A DNA stretch of 64,000 nucleotides from Podarcis tiliguerta (lineage: Eukaryota), in the NCBI GenBank assembly GCA_965153285.1, contig OZ229111.1; one strand, 5' to 3'. Both the position numbers and the translations under genes were made by a program. Under the pieces are notes generated by a model that saw only the letters and a list, made by a program, of their open reading frames with translations, was not told the DNA's origin and did no database searches. Positions 52,051-64,000 of the stretch are shown here, piece after piece (the stretch's first letter is position 1; every line of letters starts with the position of its first letter).

Positions 52051-54137
52051 GTTAACATATGATGTAGATATTAATTTCTTTCCCCCTCTGCTATGAAATG
52101 CTATTGATGGCATTTACTGTTGCAAAAATACATTGTTTTGGAATGTTTTATAGCCAGGTCGAAAGTTCTCAGTACACTGGTTTCAAATTGATTGTATAGT
52201 TTTACAAGAGTGCACTGGCAAAGCTCTTTTGACCTCGATCCATTCTTCAAGGTACTTGGGCTTATCTGTACACAGGTAGGATCCCAAACAGGCATTATAT
52301 GAAGTCTTCCCTCCCCTCTCCCTGATGGCCTCAAGTCAGGTTTGCTAATGCTGTTGCAGCACTTGTGGGCACTATTGGCCATTCCTAGCCCCTGATGCAC
52401 AGACGACTTCCACAAGGAGGGATGGAGCGGGCTGCTAGCTAACTATACACGAAGGACAGGATATACATGTCTGGTGCCAGCAGTACAGCCAGCTGGAGGG
52501 CTGGGAGAGGGAAGAGGAAGGTTCACTGGAATACTTTTTCAGGATCCTTTCCCCCAATATGTGCAGAGGAGGAAGATGGATCATGCTGCTATTTAAAGCA
52601 GCTAGAGTGGTTTTTCGTTTTTGTTTAAATGACATGTAAGGTGTTCATTCTTGGATCAAATTACAAAAAAAAAGACAAATCTAAAACAACTTTCAATGCA
52701 TTTGCTTTCAGGTTTGTGTAAGTCAACTGCATAGTATCAGCTAGCTAATACTTTAATGATGCATAGCAAAGATTTTCATTTGAATGTACTTGAGTTTTCT
52801 CTAAAAATTTAATAAATATTAAATTGAACATTCGTTCCATTTAGTCGTGATCGCTCCTATAGTAATGTAGACCAGACGTTGCTATAGCAAAGGACAAGAT
52901 GCTGAATGCGGTGAAAATCTTGAAATTCCACCCTTTGAGCAATTTATGTAATTCTGGATTTGCACCATTTTAATAAGGAAGTCTGTGCGTCTGTGAGACT
53001 TTAAATGAAACGTAATTATGCTGATTTCTGTGTTGAAACATATGTTTCTTTTGACAGGTACATGTTTAACTGTAATTCTCTATAGTTTGGTTTCATAAAC
53101 TGAATTACAAAATTATCTCTGTTTATACGATTTTTGTTTGAGTATAGGTTATAAGCTAAATCTAATAAATACCATTCTAGTGAATACTTCCCTAAAAAGG
53201 CTTTTTTCCATTAAAAAAATTATATGTATGTCTGGGTGTCTCTATGCACTTCTAAATAGCTCCTTTATTTTAAGATATCAAACCCTCTTGCCTTTTTGCT
53301 AGCACAAGTGAACAGAACCCAACACCTGAAGAGTGCTTTGAAGACCTAGCTTTAATTTTCTTGACAAGCTCTTTATACATATCTAGCATGTTGATAAAAT
53401 CCTATTCAAATGTGACAGTGATTGCAGTCCATCGTGACATTTTCTCATGAAGCTGTCATCCATTTCCATTAAAGCTTGGGTTGAGCACTATCTCCACTGA
53501 CTTGGGTGTGCATACTGGTTCTCAATGAACATATGAACTTCTGCACAAGCTTGCACATGCAGAGATCCATCCATGCTCCACTCCATGTGTTCACCAGAGT
53601 CTGGGAAGGTATATGAACCATGCCCAGAATTTAAAAAGAAAAAAATATATTAATACAAAAGATTTATTTGTTACTGGGGTAAAATTTTGTACATATGCTC
53701 AGATGGAACAATAATAATTAAGACATCAATGAAGCTTTCTGTTCATTCTTTTCCCCAATTTTTTTTTTAAAAAGCACTGCAGAGGTTTATAATTTGTTCT
53801 TCCTGATAGTTTAAATTTGCCTGTAACTTGTCTGTTTTGCTTCCAGAACAATACAAGCTAACTTTTAAACTACTTTCAAAATATATTTATTAAGTAACTC
53901 ATAATCAGGATTCCACTTGTGTAAGTCAGGGGTGTTAACCAGAGAAATATTGTCAGTATTTCAAGCTGTGTTCCTTTCTTAGTTTGATATGGTTACTTCT
54001 ATGTAAAAACAAAAACAAAACAAAAAAACCCACAAAAGTAAGAAAATGAAAGAAAAAAAGCCTTGTAGTTTTTCTCCCCAGTGTAAATGATATTTATCAG
54101 TGATCTAGCAGATGTAATCTTTTTTATAGTTATTGGT

Positions 54138-54143
54138 AATAAA
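54138..54143 (+). terminator. Polyadenylation signal AATAAA, likely the main CNTN4 site
   Basis: AATAAA with TGTA elements upstream and T/GT-rich sequence downstream (tgtgtttatag...tttgtggtggttct). Confidence 0.6.
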
Positions 54144-56046
54144 TATTCTGTTATTTGTAAATATTCCTGTGTTTATAGGCATTTTTCCTGCATTTGTGGT
54201 GGTTCTTCCTTTTTTTTAAAAAAAAAAATGCTCCATGACACTCTTAATCTCAAATGTTTGTGTTGTGAAAACACCCAGGATCAATGGTGGACAGATTTCC
54301 AAAAACTCAACATGGAATGGGCACCATTAAAAAAAGAAAGAAAGAAAAAAAAATTATTTAAAAATAATTTTAAAACAAATGTTTATTTTTAATTAAGAGC
54401 CCATGCCAATGTTGTAACTGGGATTGTAGGAAGAGCTAGAGGTTTGCTGCCTTTAAACCCTGCAATGAAAGCCCCAAAAGACACACATGCATTCCTCATT
54501 TCCAAACTTGACTATGCATGGCAGTAGCAAAGGCTCGCAAGCCAGAGTGCCATTAAACGCTCAAGACTATAAGAACCTTTGGAAATGTACTTCCATGGTT
54601 CCTGATGTCTTTAAGGATACTAGTGACCCCTCACTGCGAAAAGGTTCCTGGTGCCCTTTCTGGGGATGTCGGAAACCACAGGAACCATATTTCCAAGTAG
54701 TCCTGATACCCTTGGAAACTGTATGTGTGCTTGTAGCAATATCCAGGAGCCCAAGTTTGGGAATGATAGATGGAGCTACAGAAGTTCACAGCAAGGTGCC
54801 AAGAAGTAAAGGCTGAAACTGCAGACAGCTGGACTTCAAATACTAGTTCAAACTTCAGCACCTCACTAGCCAAGATGCACCATTTATTGGGTTGGCTGAT
54901 CAATTTATCTGGTGACACATCAAGGCTGCAATTCTACACTTATCTGGGAGCAAGACCCATTGAGTAGACAAGCTAGCCTTTTGAATTTGCTCCAGAAAAA
55001 GAGGGCATTAAAGGGTATAAAGCCTAGCCACTGCCCAGTAACAGGTATCTGAAAAGGAGTTGTAGAGACTCGACCAGAAGCTAAACCATTTCTCCTTCTG
55101 TTCATAGTGGTTTCCCATTCATTTCAATGAAGCAATGAACTGTGACCACAAAGGGAGACAGGTGGCCCTTCCGTGTGATAAGTTCTATGTGTGTACACTG
55201 CATCAAAAATAGGGCTTTGGGTCTGGAACGTGGCTAGCTGAAGACTAACTTGTTCACTACATGATAAAAGATTTCAAACGTAAATGTTTATTGAAACACA
55301 AGAGCTCAACAAGGGCACATACGAACTCACACACTATTATAGGTATGCAGCTGCAACATAGATTAGCATTCTCATACAAAGTATCCCAAGGCACAAAACA
55401 AATGAAAATGCATTCATATTATAAGCTCTGTTGTATTCTTGTATTATTTATAGCACAATCAAAATGTTACCTATATAACTTGCCCTTCAAACGACTGTCC
55501 TGTTATAGAGACTAAGGTTATGTTAATTTTCCTTCTAAAAAAACAGAGAGCCTGGTTTACATAGAGACTCTTCTTCATGGTAGGTAGGTAGGTAAGGAAG
55601 GCCCTCCTATCTTCTATTTTAGTGCCACCTTGAATGCATCTTAACTGTGGCTCTGGAATAGTAGATCTGCACATAGCTGCACATCGCCTGCAGTTACTAC
55701 AGAAACACTATCATTATGCTGGAAGCCACCCAGAGTGGCTGGGGCAACCCAGCCAGATGTGCGGGGTACAAATAATAAGTTATCAACATCATCATTACCA
55801 TCACTAAAAGAACAGTGTAGGAAAGAATTTTATTGCTGCCAGATGTTAAAGTAGCAGCACAAATCCTAAAATGAAGAGGTTAAGGTCATTCACATCACAG
55901 TGGAAGCTATGGATTATAGAAAGCGGAGTCCAAGAAATAGCATGGCTCAAACAAGAAAAACAAAATTTATACAGTAACTGGGAGTTTTCTCAAAAACCAG
56001 CAAAACTGACCATTGATTACTTGGGATTTGCTGCAGTAGCATAGAC

Positions 56047-56288
56047 CAGGGGTCAGCCACCTTTTTCAGCAGGGGGCCGGTCCACTGTCCCTCAGACCTT
56101 GTGGGGGGCCGGACTATATTTGGGGGGGTGTGAAATTGAACAAATTCCTATGCCCCACAAATAACCCAGAGATGCATTTTAAATAAAAGGACGCATTCTA
56201 CTCATATAAAAACACACTGATTCCTGGACTGTCCGCGGGCTGGATTTAGAAGGCAATTGGCCCCTGGGCCTTAGTTTGCCTACTCATG
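56047..56288 (+). mobile_element. hAT MITE, 6961 family
   Basis: 8-bp TSD gcatagac at 56039-56046 and 56289-56296. Confidence 0.92.
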
Positions 56289-57962
56289 GCATAGACTCAA
56301 AGCCCTTGGCAAGGAATAATTTCAGTACCTTGTGATACATGTGCTGGGTGGGTTTCTTATACTTACTGTGGTGATTTGTGGAATTTCCCTTTCTTGTGAA
56401 ACATCCCTGCTATAGAGGTGTGTCTGGTGTCAATGATGCAATCTTCTTGGCAGCAGGCATCTGCTAATAGTAAATTTTATATATTAATAAGCTACCTTGA
56501 ATCTGAAGCGGATGAAGGGTGATATAAAAACGTTTTCATTCATAAATAACAAATAAATAACGAAAGGATATATTTCATTTTTTTAAAAAAAGTTTCCTGA
56601 AAACCAGAAACAGGGCTATGGCTCTTCTTCATTTTGGCTCTTCTTCATTTTGACAAATGATCTGAAAGGTCACAGTAGCTTTAATGGCAAATTAAGGGAC
56701 GAAATTTTACATTTTAGTCTCAACAGCTTTATGGAACATCCTGATTTCGGAAGTGGTATGGTGCTCAGAAGCAAACATGGAGGGGGCAGAGATTGCCATG
56801 AAGCATCATTTGTGGATTTCCTGGTGGTATCAGTTTGACCACCACGTAAAGTGCAATGCTAAAATAGGAGGATGTTTGGTCTGATTGACCAAGGCTTTAT
56901 TATTTGGGGCAATTCTAATGGAAACTGGAGACTTAAAGCTAGGATCAAACTCGATGGGGTTCAGCATGCCAATTTTTGTGCTAAATTGTGGTCTTTAGAA
57001 TCTTATGTCATGGAACCATAATCATTTTTTTAAAAAACAACAACTCTACAATTCGTGAGCATCACCATATCCTTATGGCAGTACATTCCAACAGTAATTT
57101 ACACATTTGGGGGGGGGGGGGGATGATGACGACTTACTTTTCTTGGTTCGTCATTTCCTATCAGTTTCATTGGAACAGCCTCAGTGATTTGCTTGTAGGA
57201 ATGCATTATTACGAAGAACAAAGTTTTGTGACATTTTGCTCATCATTACTGCAGTATACGACAGTAATATCTTTAACATTAGCAACCTCTAAAACTGCCT
57301 TGATAGAACTTAGCTAAGTTTGTTACGAAACCATTGCAATATTTTAAGCAATATTGGATTCCTTTGGCGTTTATTTTGAGATCAGTTTCAACACTGAATT
57401 GCATCCATATTTAATAACAGACTGAAGAAAGTTCCAAGGCAGTAAAGCAGAGCTCCTCAAACTAACTCCCAGGGTCTAAGCATTGCTTTTGATTTCTTTA
57501 CTTTATTCACTGATGTAGGGCCCTCTGAAACTAATGTGGTTCTAGAGAACAAACCGAAAGATATTTCTTTTATTCTTCAGATAAAAAGAGAGTTCAAAGT
57601 AGGACTATCACTGATATCCTTCACTTGTACCCAAATTGTACTCTAAGAAGCTGCTGCTTTGCTACAAACCTGGTTTTCATAATCAAAGTTACAAAGGGAT
57701 GGGATATTTCATAGGGAGACATAAGGGAAACGATGTTAGGCCGTGCCTACCATCTATGAAGTGTGTATTTCAACAAGGGCTAGATTCATACATCACTGAA
57801 GTTCACAAGAAATAAGGGTTCTGGTCAGCCAAGTCATAAGCTGATGATCATAGCAGTGTCAGAATACAAAATGTCACTACACAATAGTAAAATAGCAACA
57901 GCAGCATCTTATTCCTCAGAACATTTTACAAAACCTATTCTTGGTGGGTGGTGAAAGATGAA

Positions 57963-58158
57963 GGTTGTATCCAACTAAGTCATTGAACTTCACTCACACA
58001 AAAACCGGAGCTCCCCCTCCCTCTTCTCCCCTCTCCCCCAAAAATATCTGTTCTGGGTGTTCCCCCAACTCTCCAGGGCACATTTGGGGATAGTACAAGG
58101 GGAGCGAGGAAAGTTGGGGGGTGGAAGAAATGCCCAAGGACTTAGTTGGATTCAGTCC
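57963..58158. mobile_element. Palindromic MITE, possibly PIF/Harbinger; relatives near 9627-9835 and 60326-60547
   Basis: ggttgtatccaactaagtc...gacttagttggattcagtcc inverted termini; related core in the other copies. Confidence 0.6.
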
Positions 58159-58688
58159 TAAACTACTATAGGTGGGTAACTGAAAGTCAACACTTTACAG
58201 TATAAATTGGGAACAAATGCTGTCCCCACTCCTTGATTCAACGCCACAGAAATATAATGTACATTTCACAATTATCAAAATGGTTCTAAGCAGTGGGGTT
58301 CATTAAGAATGACATTAAAAGCAGGAATGAGAAAAAGATCACATGCACACAGCCCTGAGCAACCTGGGTTAAGGGTAGGAAACAAATGTGATAAATTTGT
58401 TTGTACTGAATACTGTATAACATAAGTGCATAGGGTTTGCTCCGACTAATGTTTCCATCTATACAATAAGGTGAGTGATGCTTAAACTTTATAAAAGGCC
58501 TTGAAATCTATGGATATTACCCTCTGACAAATAATGCTCATGAAATAAAGGAGATGAAGTCAATCAGATAGTGAAAATCACAACCATGTTTCACTACCTG
58601 AGTTTCAGGGCAAAATGGCAAAGAGAGACACACAAATATTACACAGGAATGATCCATGGTTGTAAAAAGAATGATCCCTTAGTCACTG

Positions 58689-59848
58689 TGAAGGGGCCAT
58701 TAGAATATTGTTCTCTATATGATCCCCCCCCCCCCAAAAAAAAACCTGTTTAAGGCATTTTCTCCTCTCTCATATGTTATCCCAAAGTGGGGAGGTTTTG
58801 AAGGTTTTTCGCCAGCCAGAAGAACAAGGCTTTTTCTTGACAGTGAAAATAGGCCTATCTCAGGAATGTCTGGCTTGGGCGAGTAAAAGATAAAGAGCAA
58901 GGTTGAATAGGTTGAATGGATGTTATTGTAACCCCAGAGGGAGGGATTGGACAGAGGGAAGCTTCTGGATGAAGGTGTATATGCTTTGGTTTAGCTGAAA
59001 TGATCCCTTATAGAGTTAAATTGATTTATTTGGACACGTGCCCTTTTACAGAATGGTTTTGATTTAACAGATTGGTTTAGATAATTGGGGCAAGATAAAT
59101 TTGAATTGGTCTCAGTTCTGATTGGACATGTATCCCAGGTGCACTGAATTTTCTCTGGTCTCCTTAGGACAATTGAGCTACTTTCCTAGAGTGCGAGACC
59201 AGCACCAATAATAATGATGTAGTCCCATAGAGAGACAAAAGGCAAGGACGCTTCCCTCACGACGTGCCCAAACCTGCCAGGGACAAAGCACGTGGTCAAG
59301 ATGAAAGCCCTACGGGGATTCACCAGGATATGTTGCTGTGCATGCGTGGCAGGGGTGAGACCTGAGAACTAACTTTGACACCTGGGAACGGAAAAATAAA
59401 AAATAAAAATAAAACGAACTGCATTTTTTCCCAGTCATTAGTGGACCTTCCAGCTAAGTGTAAAGCATAGACCACTACTGAGTAAATAGTGACTGGGGCT
59501 AACTACTCCTTGTATTTTGGTAGTCTTCCATAGGAGGACGAGATTCCGCTCTCTGAGCGAAATCTGTCCCAACAGTGAAAGTGGGGAAATGAAGGGGCCA
59601 TTAGAATATTTTTCTCTATATGATCCCCCCCCCCAAAAAAAACTGTTTAAGGCATTTTCTCCTCTCTCATATGTTATCCCAAAGGGGGGAGGTTTTGAAG
59701 GTTTTTCACCAGCCAGAAGAACAAGGCTTTTTCTTGACAGTGAAAATAGGCCTATCTCAGGAATGTCTGGCTTGGGCGAGTAAAAGATAAAGAACAAGGT
59801 CGAATAGGTTGAATGGATGTTATTGTAACCCGAGGGAGGGACTGGACA
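58689..59848 (+). mobile_element. Endogenous retrovirus remnant: full LTR (58689-59574), 15-bp polypurine spacer, truncated second LTR (59590-59848)
   Basis: TG...CA 886-bp unit with tandem AATAAA near 59395-59413; a ~260-bp direct repeat of its 5' part follows gtgaaagtggggaaa. Confidence 0.75.
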
Positions 59849-60205
59849 TACATAAAACAAGGAAGTCCAAATATGGAGAAACGAAAGCTAAATTCTATAC
59901 CATTTCCCGTAAATCACATGTTTTCTTGTAAATCAGATGATAGACCGTCACAAGGGATATAAAAAGGGCTGGCAAGCCCAGAGAGGGCGGGCAGGCAATG
60001 AATTTTACCTTGTCTGTACCATTATTTTGTCATGATAAAATAAAAATGATTTTACTGCTGTCAAATCGACTTTTTGAAGCGAATTCTGATACTCCGAAGG
60101 GAAGGAACTAAGAAAAGGTCTTTCAACTGGGAAAGAAGGGGGTGGAAAGAAGGGGGGGGGGGGACTAAATTCTTGAGATGCAAGAATCAAAACCACCACA
60201 TGAGA

Positions 60206-60241
<36 letters not shown>
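60206..60241. repeat. (AAT)n microsatellite
   Basis: Direct reading. Confidence 0.95.
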
Positions 60242-60242
<1 letters not shown>

Positions 60243-62023
60243 TAGGACTGTCAAATCATAAAGAACAAAAACTGAGTTAGAGATAGCAGCTGACTAATTT
60301 ATTTCAATAGTTGTTTTAAAAACAATGGGTGGTATCTAATGGTATCTACCCACTTGTGCAATGGAGTTTTGCTTATGCAATGGGACTTCCAGTTTCTCCC
60401 CTCTCCAGACCCCTCACATGCCCTAAACATCTGCTCCAGAGTGTGACTCCACCCTCTGGAACACATTCTCAGGGTGTGCAGTGGGGAGGAGAGAAAGGAA
60501 AAGTCCTGTTGCATGAGGTCCGCTTGCACTCTGTTGGATCTTACCCATAATGCAAAATTTTGGGTTGCAATCTGGTAAAAATATTAAGACTACACCACAT
60601 CCTCCAAGATATAATTCACCACACACTCTCCTATGCAATTACCATCTGTATTGACCAAGTGCAATGCTTGGCTGTCTAAACCTTAACAATATTATCAAGG
60701 CACACAAAGATAAGCTGTGTGGTTCCATCCAAATAGCGAAGATATTGGTGGCATATTGTGGCAAAGTGTGCACCACACTCCTTCCCTTAAAATGTAACAC
60801 TTTTATTTTTAACCACTTACCTGTATCCATGCTGTTTTTCTCCTGAGTTTGGAACAAAGACTGCAACGTTAAATCCAGTGTTCTTCCATAGAATACTATA
60901 ATACAGCCTCAGAGTTCAGGGATCTGGGTTTTGATTTTGTTTTTTGCTTCTAGTTGCTACATTGCTAACACTTGTTCCCCTTAGTCAAGACTCAGCTGTG
61001 TTTAATTTTCCACAGCTGATTTTCACTTTAATTAAAAACAATCCAAAAAGATTTAAGCACTAATCTCTAAGGCCTGTTTTCTTGCCTATCCTAAAGGATA
61101 ACAAAAGGAAGGTAGAAAGGCTCAGACAATTGACTTTTATGGAAAATGTAATATTTGGATGTACTGTTTTTATTTTGTTGGCAAAACGCTTCCGGGAGCA
61201 GAAGACTTGTTCTATGTACAATATAAACTATGAGCATTATTGAAATGAAGGGGAAGATACTCACGACTACTAACTGGCAGACTGTACCCCAATAACGATG
61301 ATTCTGACAACTAAACAAAGGTTAGTCATTTTAATGGTAAGGTCATGTGATGTAATGAGCTTGTTCAGACAATTATAAACTGGCTTAATAACCTGAGATA
61401 TGAATGAACCTTCCAGGGAAACAGTAAAAAAACAAACCAAGGAACTATTACTATCTGACCAAAAGTGGGGGAATTTGGGGGGGGGGGACACAAAATATTG
61501 CTTAATATGCATCCGATCCATTTCAGAACAATTCCTTTATCAAGGGCACTTTTAAAGCCATTTCTCCTGTTGCTTTTATCAGCATGCCTTTGCTAATGAA
61601 ATTTTTTTCCTGAAATGTATGGGGCTTATAATAACAACCTGGAGTTTCTTTCCCCTGCCTGCCTTTTTTTTTTTGCTTTAAACTGCTGATAGGGGTTTTG
61701 ATTCAACAGAGGTCTCATTCCACCTCCTGCTTCACCTGCCAAAGGTGCAGACTATGGTGACAGGTGGTGCAAGACCCTCCCCAGAGGGGCTTTATATGTT
61801 GCAGTGCATCTGCTACTCCAAGTCACAGGGCAGACTTACAATTGTTCTGTAATTAAAGTTTAATGGTTCATCTGAGCCAAGACACTATAGTGAATGGCTT
61901 TGGAACAAGGTAGGATATCAATACAACTACAAAGAATGGTTTCAGAAACCACAGTTTCCTAGTACAGATGGAACTGGAAACTATGGCTAATGGAAGATTT
62001 CCTAGTTTGTTAGCCCACTCATT

Positions 62024-62616
62024 CTTGGGCTCCATGATCACTGCAGATGGTGACAGCAGCCACGAAATTAAGAGACGCCTGCTTCTTGGGAGGAAAGCAA
62101 TGGCAAACCTAGACAGCATTTTAAAAAGTAGAGACATCACCTTGCCAACAAAGGTCCGTATAGTAAAAGCTATGGTTTTCCCAGTAGTGATGTATGGAAG
62201 TGAGAGCTGGACCATAAAGAAGGCTGATCGCCGAAGAATTAACGCTTTTGAATTATGGTGCTGGAGGAGACTCTTGAGAGTCCCATGGACTGCAAGAAGA
62301 TCAAACCTATCCATTCTGAAGGAAATCAGCCCTGAGTGCTCACTGGAAGGACAGATCGTGAAGCTGAGGCTCCAATACTTTGGCCACCTCATGAGAAGAG
62401 AAGACTCACTGGAAAAGACCCTGATGTTGGGAAAGATGGAGGGCACAAGGAGAAGGGGACGACAGAGGACGAGATGGTTAGACAGTGTTCTCGAAGCTAC
62501 AAACATGAATCTGACCAAACTGCGGGTGGCAGTGGAAGACAGGAGTGCCTGGCGTGCTCTGGTCCATGGGGTCACGAAGAGTCGGACACGACTGAACGAC
62601 TAAACAACAACAACAA
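62024..62616 (+). mobile_element. BovB (RTE) LINE 3' end with an open reading frame
   Basis: LGSMITADGDSSHEIKRRLLLGRKAM...HGVTKSRTRLND; (CAA)n tail; 10-bp TSD cccactcatt at 62014-62023 and 62617-62626. Confidence 0.96.
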
Positions 62617-63251
62617 CCCACTCATTGAAAGAAAGAAGCAAAGCTTGTTCATATTTTGGTTTAGTAAGCCAAGATATGATCATCCAAATGTGACAAATGG
62701 TCATGGTCAAAACAACAATTTACCCTGTATAGTTGGGAAGACAAATCAAGCATGACAAAGATTCTTTGGAAAGGAAAAACGACTCTTTACATTGCTCTTT
62801 CCCCATCCCCCTAAAAAGTCCTTCATATGTCCTTTACAGTAAGAGTCACCTCTATGGGAGAAGCTTGCGAAATAAACACCACCAAAGCTAAAAAGTACAG
62901 GTGTTTGCATCACACCAGAGGCTCAAAAGACCACAAGGCATACCAGATTCCAGAAATAATTTTATAATAATACTCTTATTGTGTATATTTGGGGAACTGG
63001 TATTTTTGTACTGTACACTGACTCTAGATATTACTTATCTTTCATAGTTCTTTCACAGACAAAGCATATTCAAATTACCATTCATAATCACAGCAGACAC
63101 ATTACATAAATCATTCACTTTCATTTCCTAGATATGCAACTGAGAGACAATAACTTCATGGGTAACAATGCAAACAGACACTGTGAAGGGGCTGGTCTTG
63201 CTGTGCAGACCAGAGAAGTGACAACAGTTAGTAAATTCAACATTAGGAAAT

Positions 63252-63468
63252 TAAACATTAGGAAGAACTTCCTGACAGTAAGAGCTGTTCGACAGTGGAA
63301 TTTGCTGCCAAGGAGTGTGGTGGAGTCTCCTTCTTTGGAGGTCTTTAAGCAGAGGCTTGACAACCATATGTCAGGAGTGCTCTGATGGTGTTTCCTGCTT
63401 GGCAGGGGGTTGGACTCGATGACCCTTGTGGTCTCTTCCAGCTCTATGATTCTATGATTCTATGATTC
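63252..63468 (+). mobile_element. CR1 LINE 3' end
   Basis: 4 substitutions versus 21203-21408 (hand count); (ATTCTATG)n tail. Confidence 0.94.
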
Positions 63469-64000
63469 CATTTCAGCTTTCATGTTTCAAATTCCAATTT
63501 GTAACATAATCCTCTGGACCACCCTGGCTTTCCGAAGAAAACTCATGGAACATAGGAAGCTGCTTTATCCTGAATCAAACCATAAGGCCATCTAGCATTA
63601 TATTGCCAGTCATTGCTTATTGCATCAAAACACACTGTGCAAAAGTTGCCCTCTTGGAATCAATATTCAATATGCTTGATTGCACGGTTTGTTATTGCTA
63701 GCACTATCATTTTTTAACCTTTGGCCTTTCATACTCCACATCCCCAAGCCCAGAGATAGCAACCAGCCTGGAAAAGAGGAAAATTGTGTACACCTGTCCA
63801 CATTTTGGAGAGCCAAGTTTTCTGTTCCATTCAGATCTCCATCGAGTCTGCGTGCACAAAACTACACTTTTTTTGGTGATAGATATGAATTTTTTATCTC
63901 TGCAAATGCTCTAAATCAATCAAGGAGAATATCATCACTGGGCTAGCTGATAACTGAAACTATAGGAAAATTGAATTATGAACAACAGTTGCTGGGAGGG

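Larger units (their letters stand above)
51737..54165 (+). other. CNTN4: CNTN4 3'UTR (3' end approximate)
   Basis: AT-rich, nearly TE-free stretch after the stop codon, ending at AATAAA 54138 followed by a GT/T-rich tract. Confidence 0.65.

Noticed and set aside
61868-62575. 235-aa minus-strand ORF
   Set aside because: Antisense frame of the BovB 3' end, not a gene
54400-64000. IL5RA coding exons expected by synteny
   Set aside because: No WSxWS, transmembrane or Box1 (LFPPIP) motif found, so not annotated
1-64000. CRISPR arrays, operons, rRNA genes or prokaryotic defence systems
   Set aside because: Vertebrate intron-exon DNA; no repeat-spacer array or rRNA-like sequence seen

Overview
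Eukaryotic DNA from a squamate reptile, probably a lacertid lizard, judged from the Sauria SINE, BovB, CR1 and hAT/Tc1 MITE content. The window holds the 3' half of the contactin-4 gene (CNTN4) on the + strand. Eleven coding exons (25574-51736) encode Ig6, four FN3 domains and the GPI-anchor signal; all have GT-AG boundaries and consistent phases. A ~2.4 kb 3'UTR follows, with a likely poly(A) signal at 54138. Positions 1-25573 appear to be one long CNTN4 intron. The rest is mostly transposable elements, many with intact target-site duplications (TSDs), including several nested insertions, two solo LTRs and an unusual LTR-15 bp-LTR retroviral remnant (58689-59848). There are two assembly gaps. 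Most ORFs in the track are spurious. IL5RA, the expected downstream neighbour in amniotes, could not be identified, although minus-strand splice signals occur at 60-63.8 kb. I found no convincing novel biological system; the findings are mostly TE architecture and splicing hypotheses. Comparisons to human CNTN4 and TE family names are from memory, not from a search.
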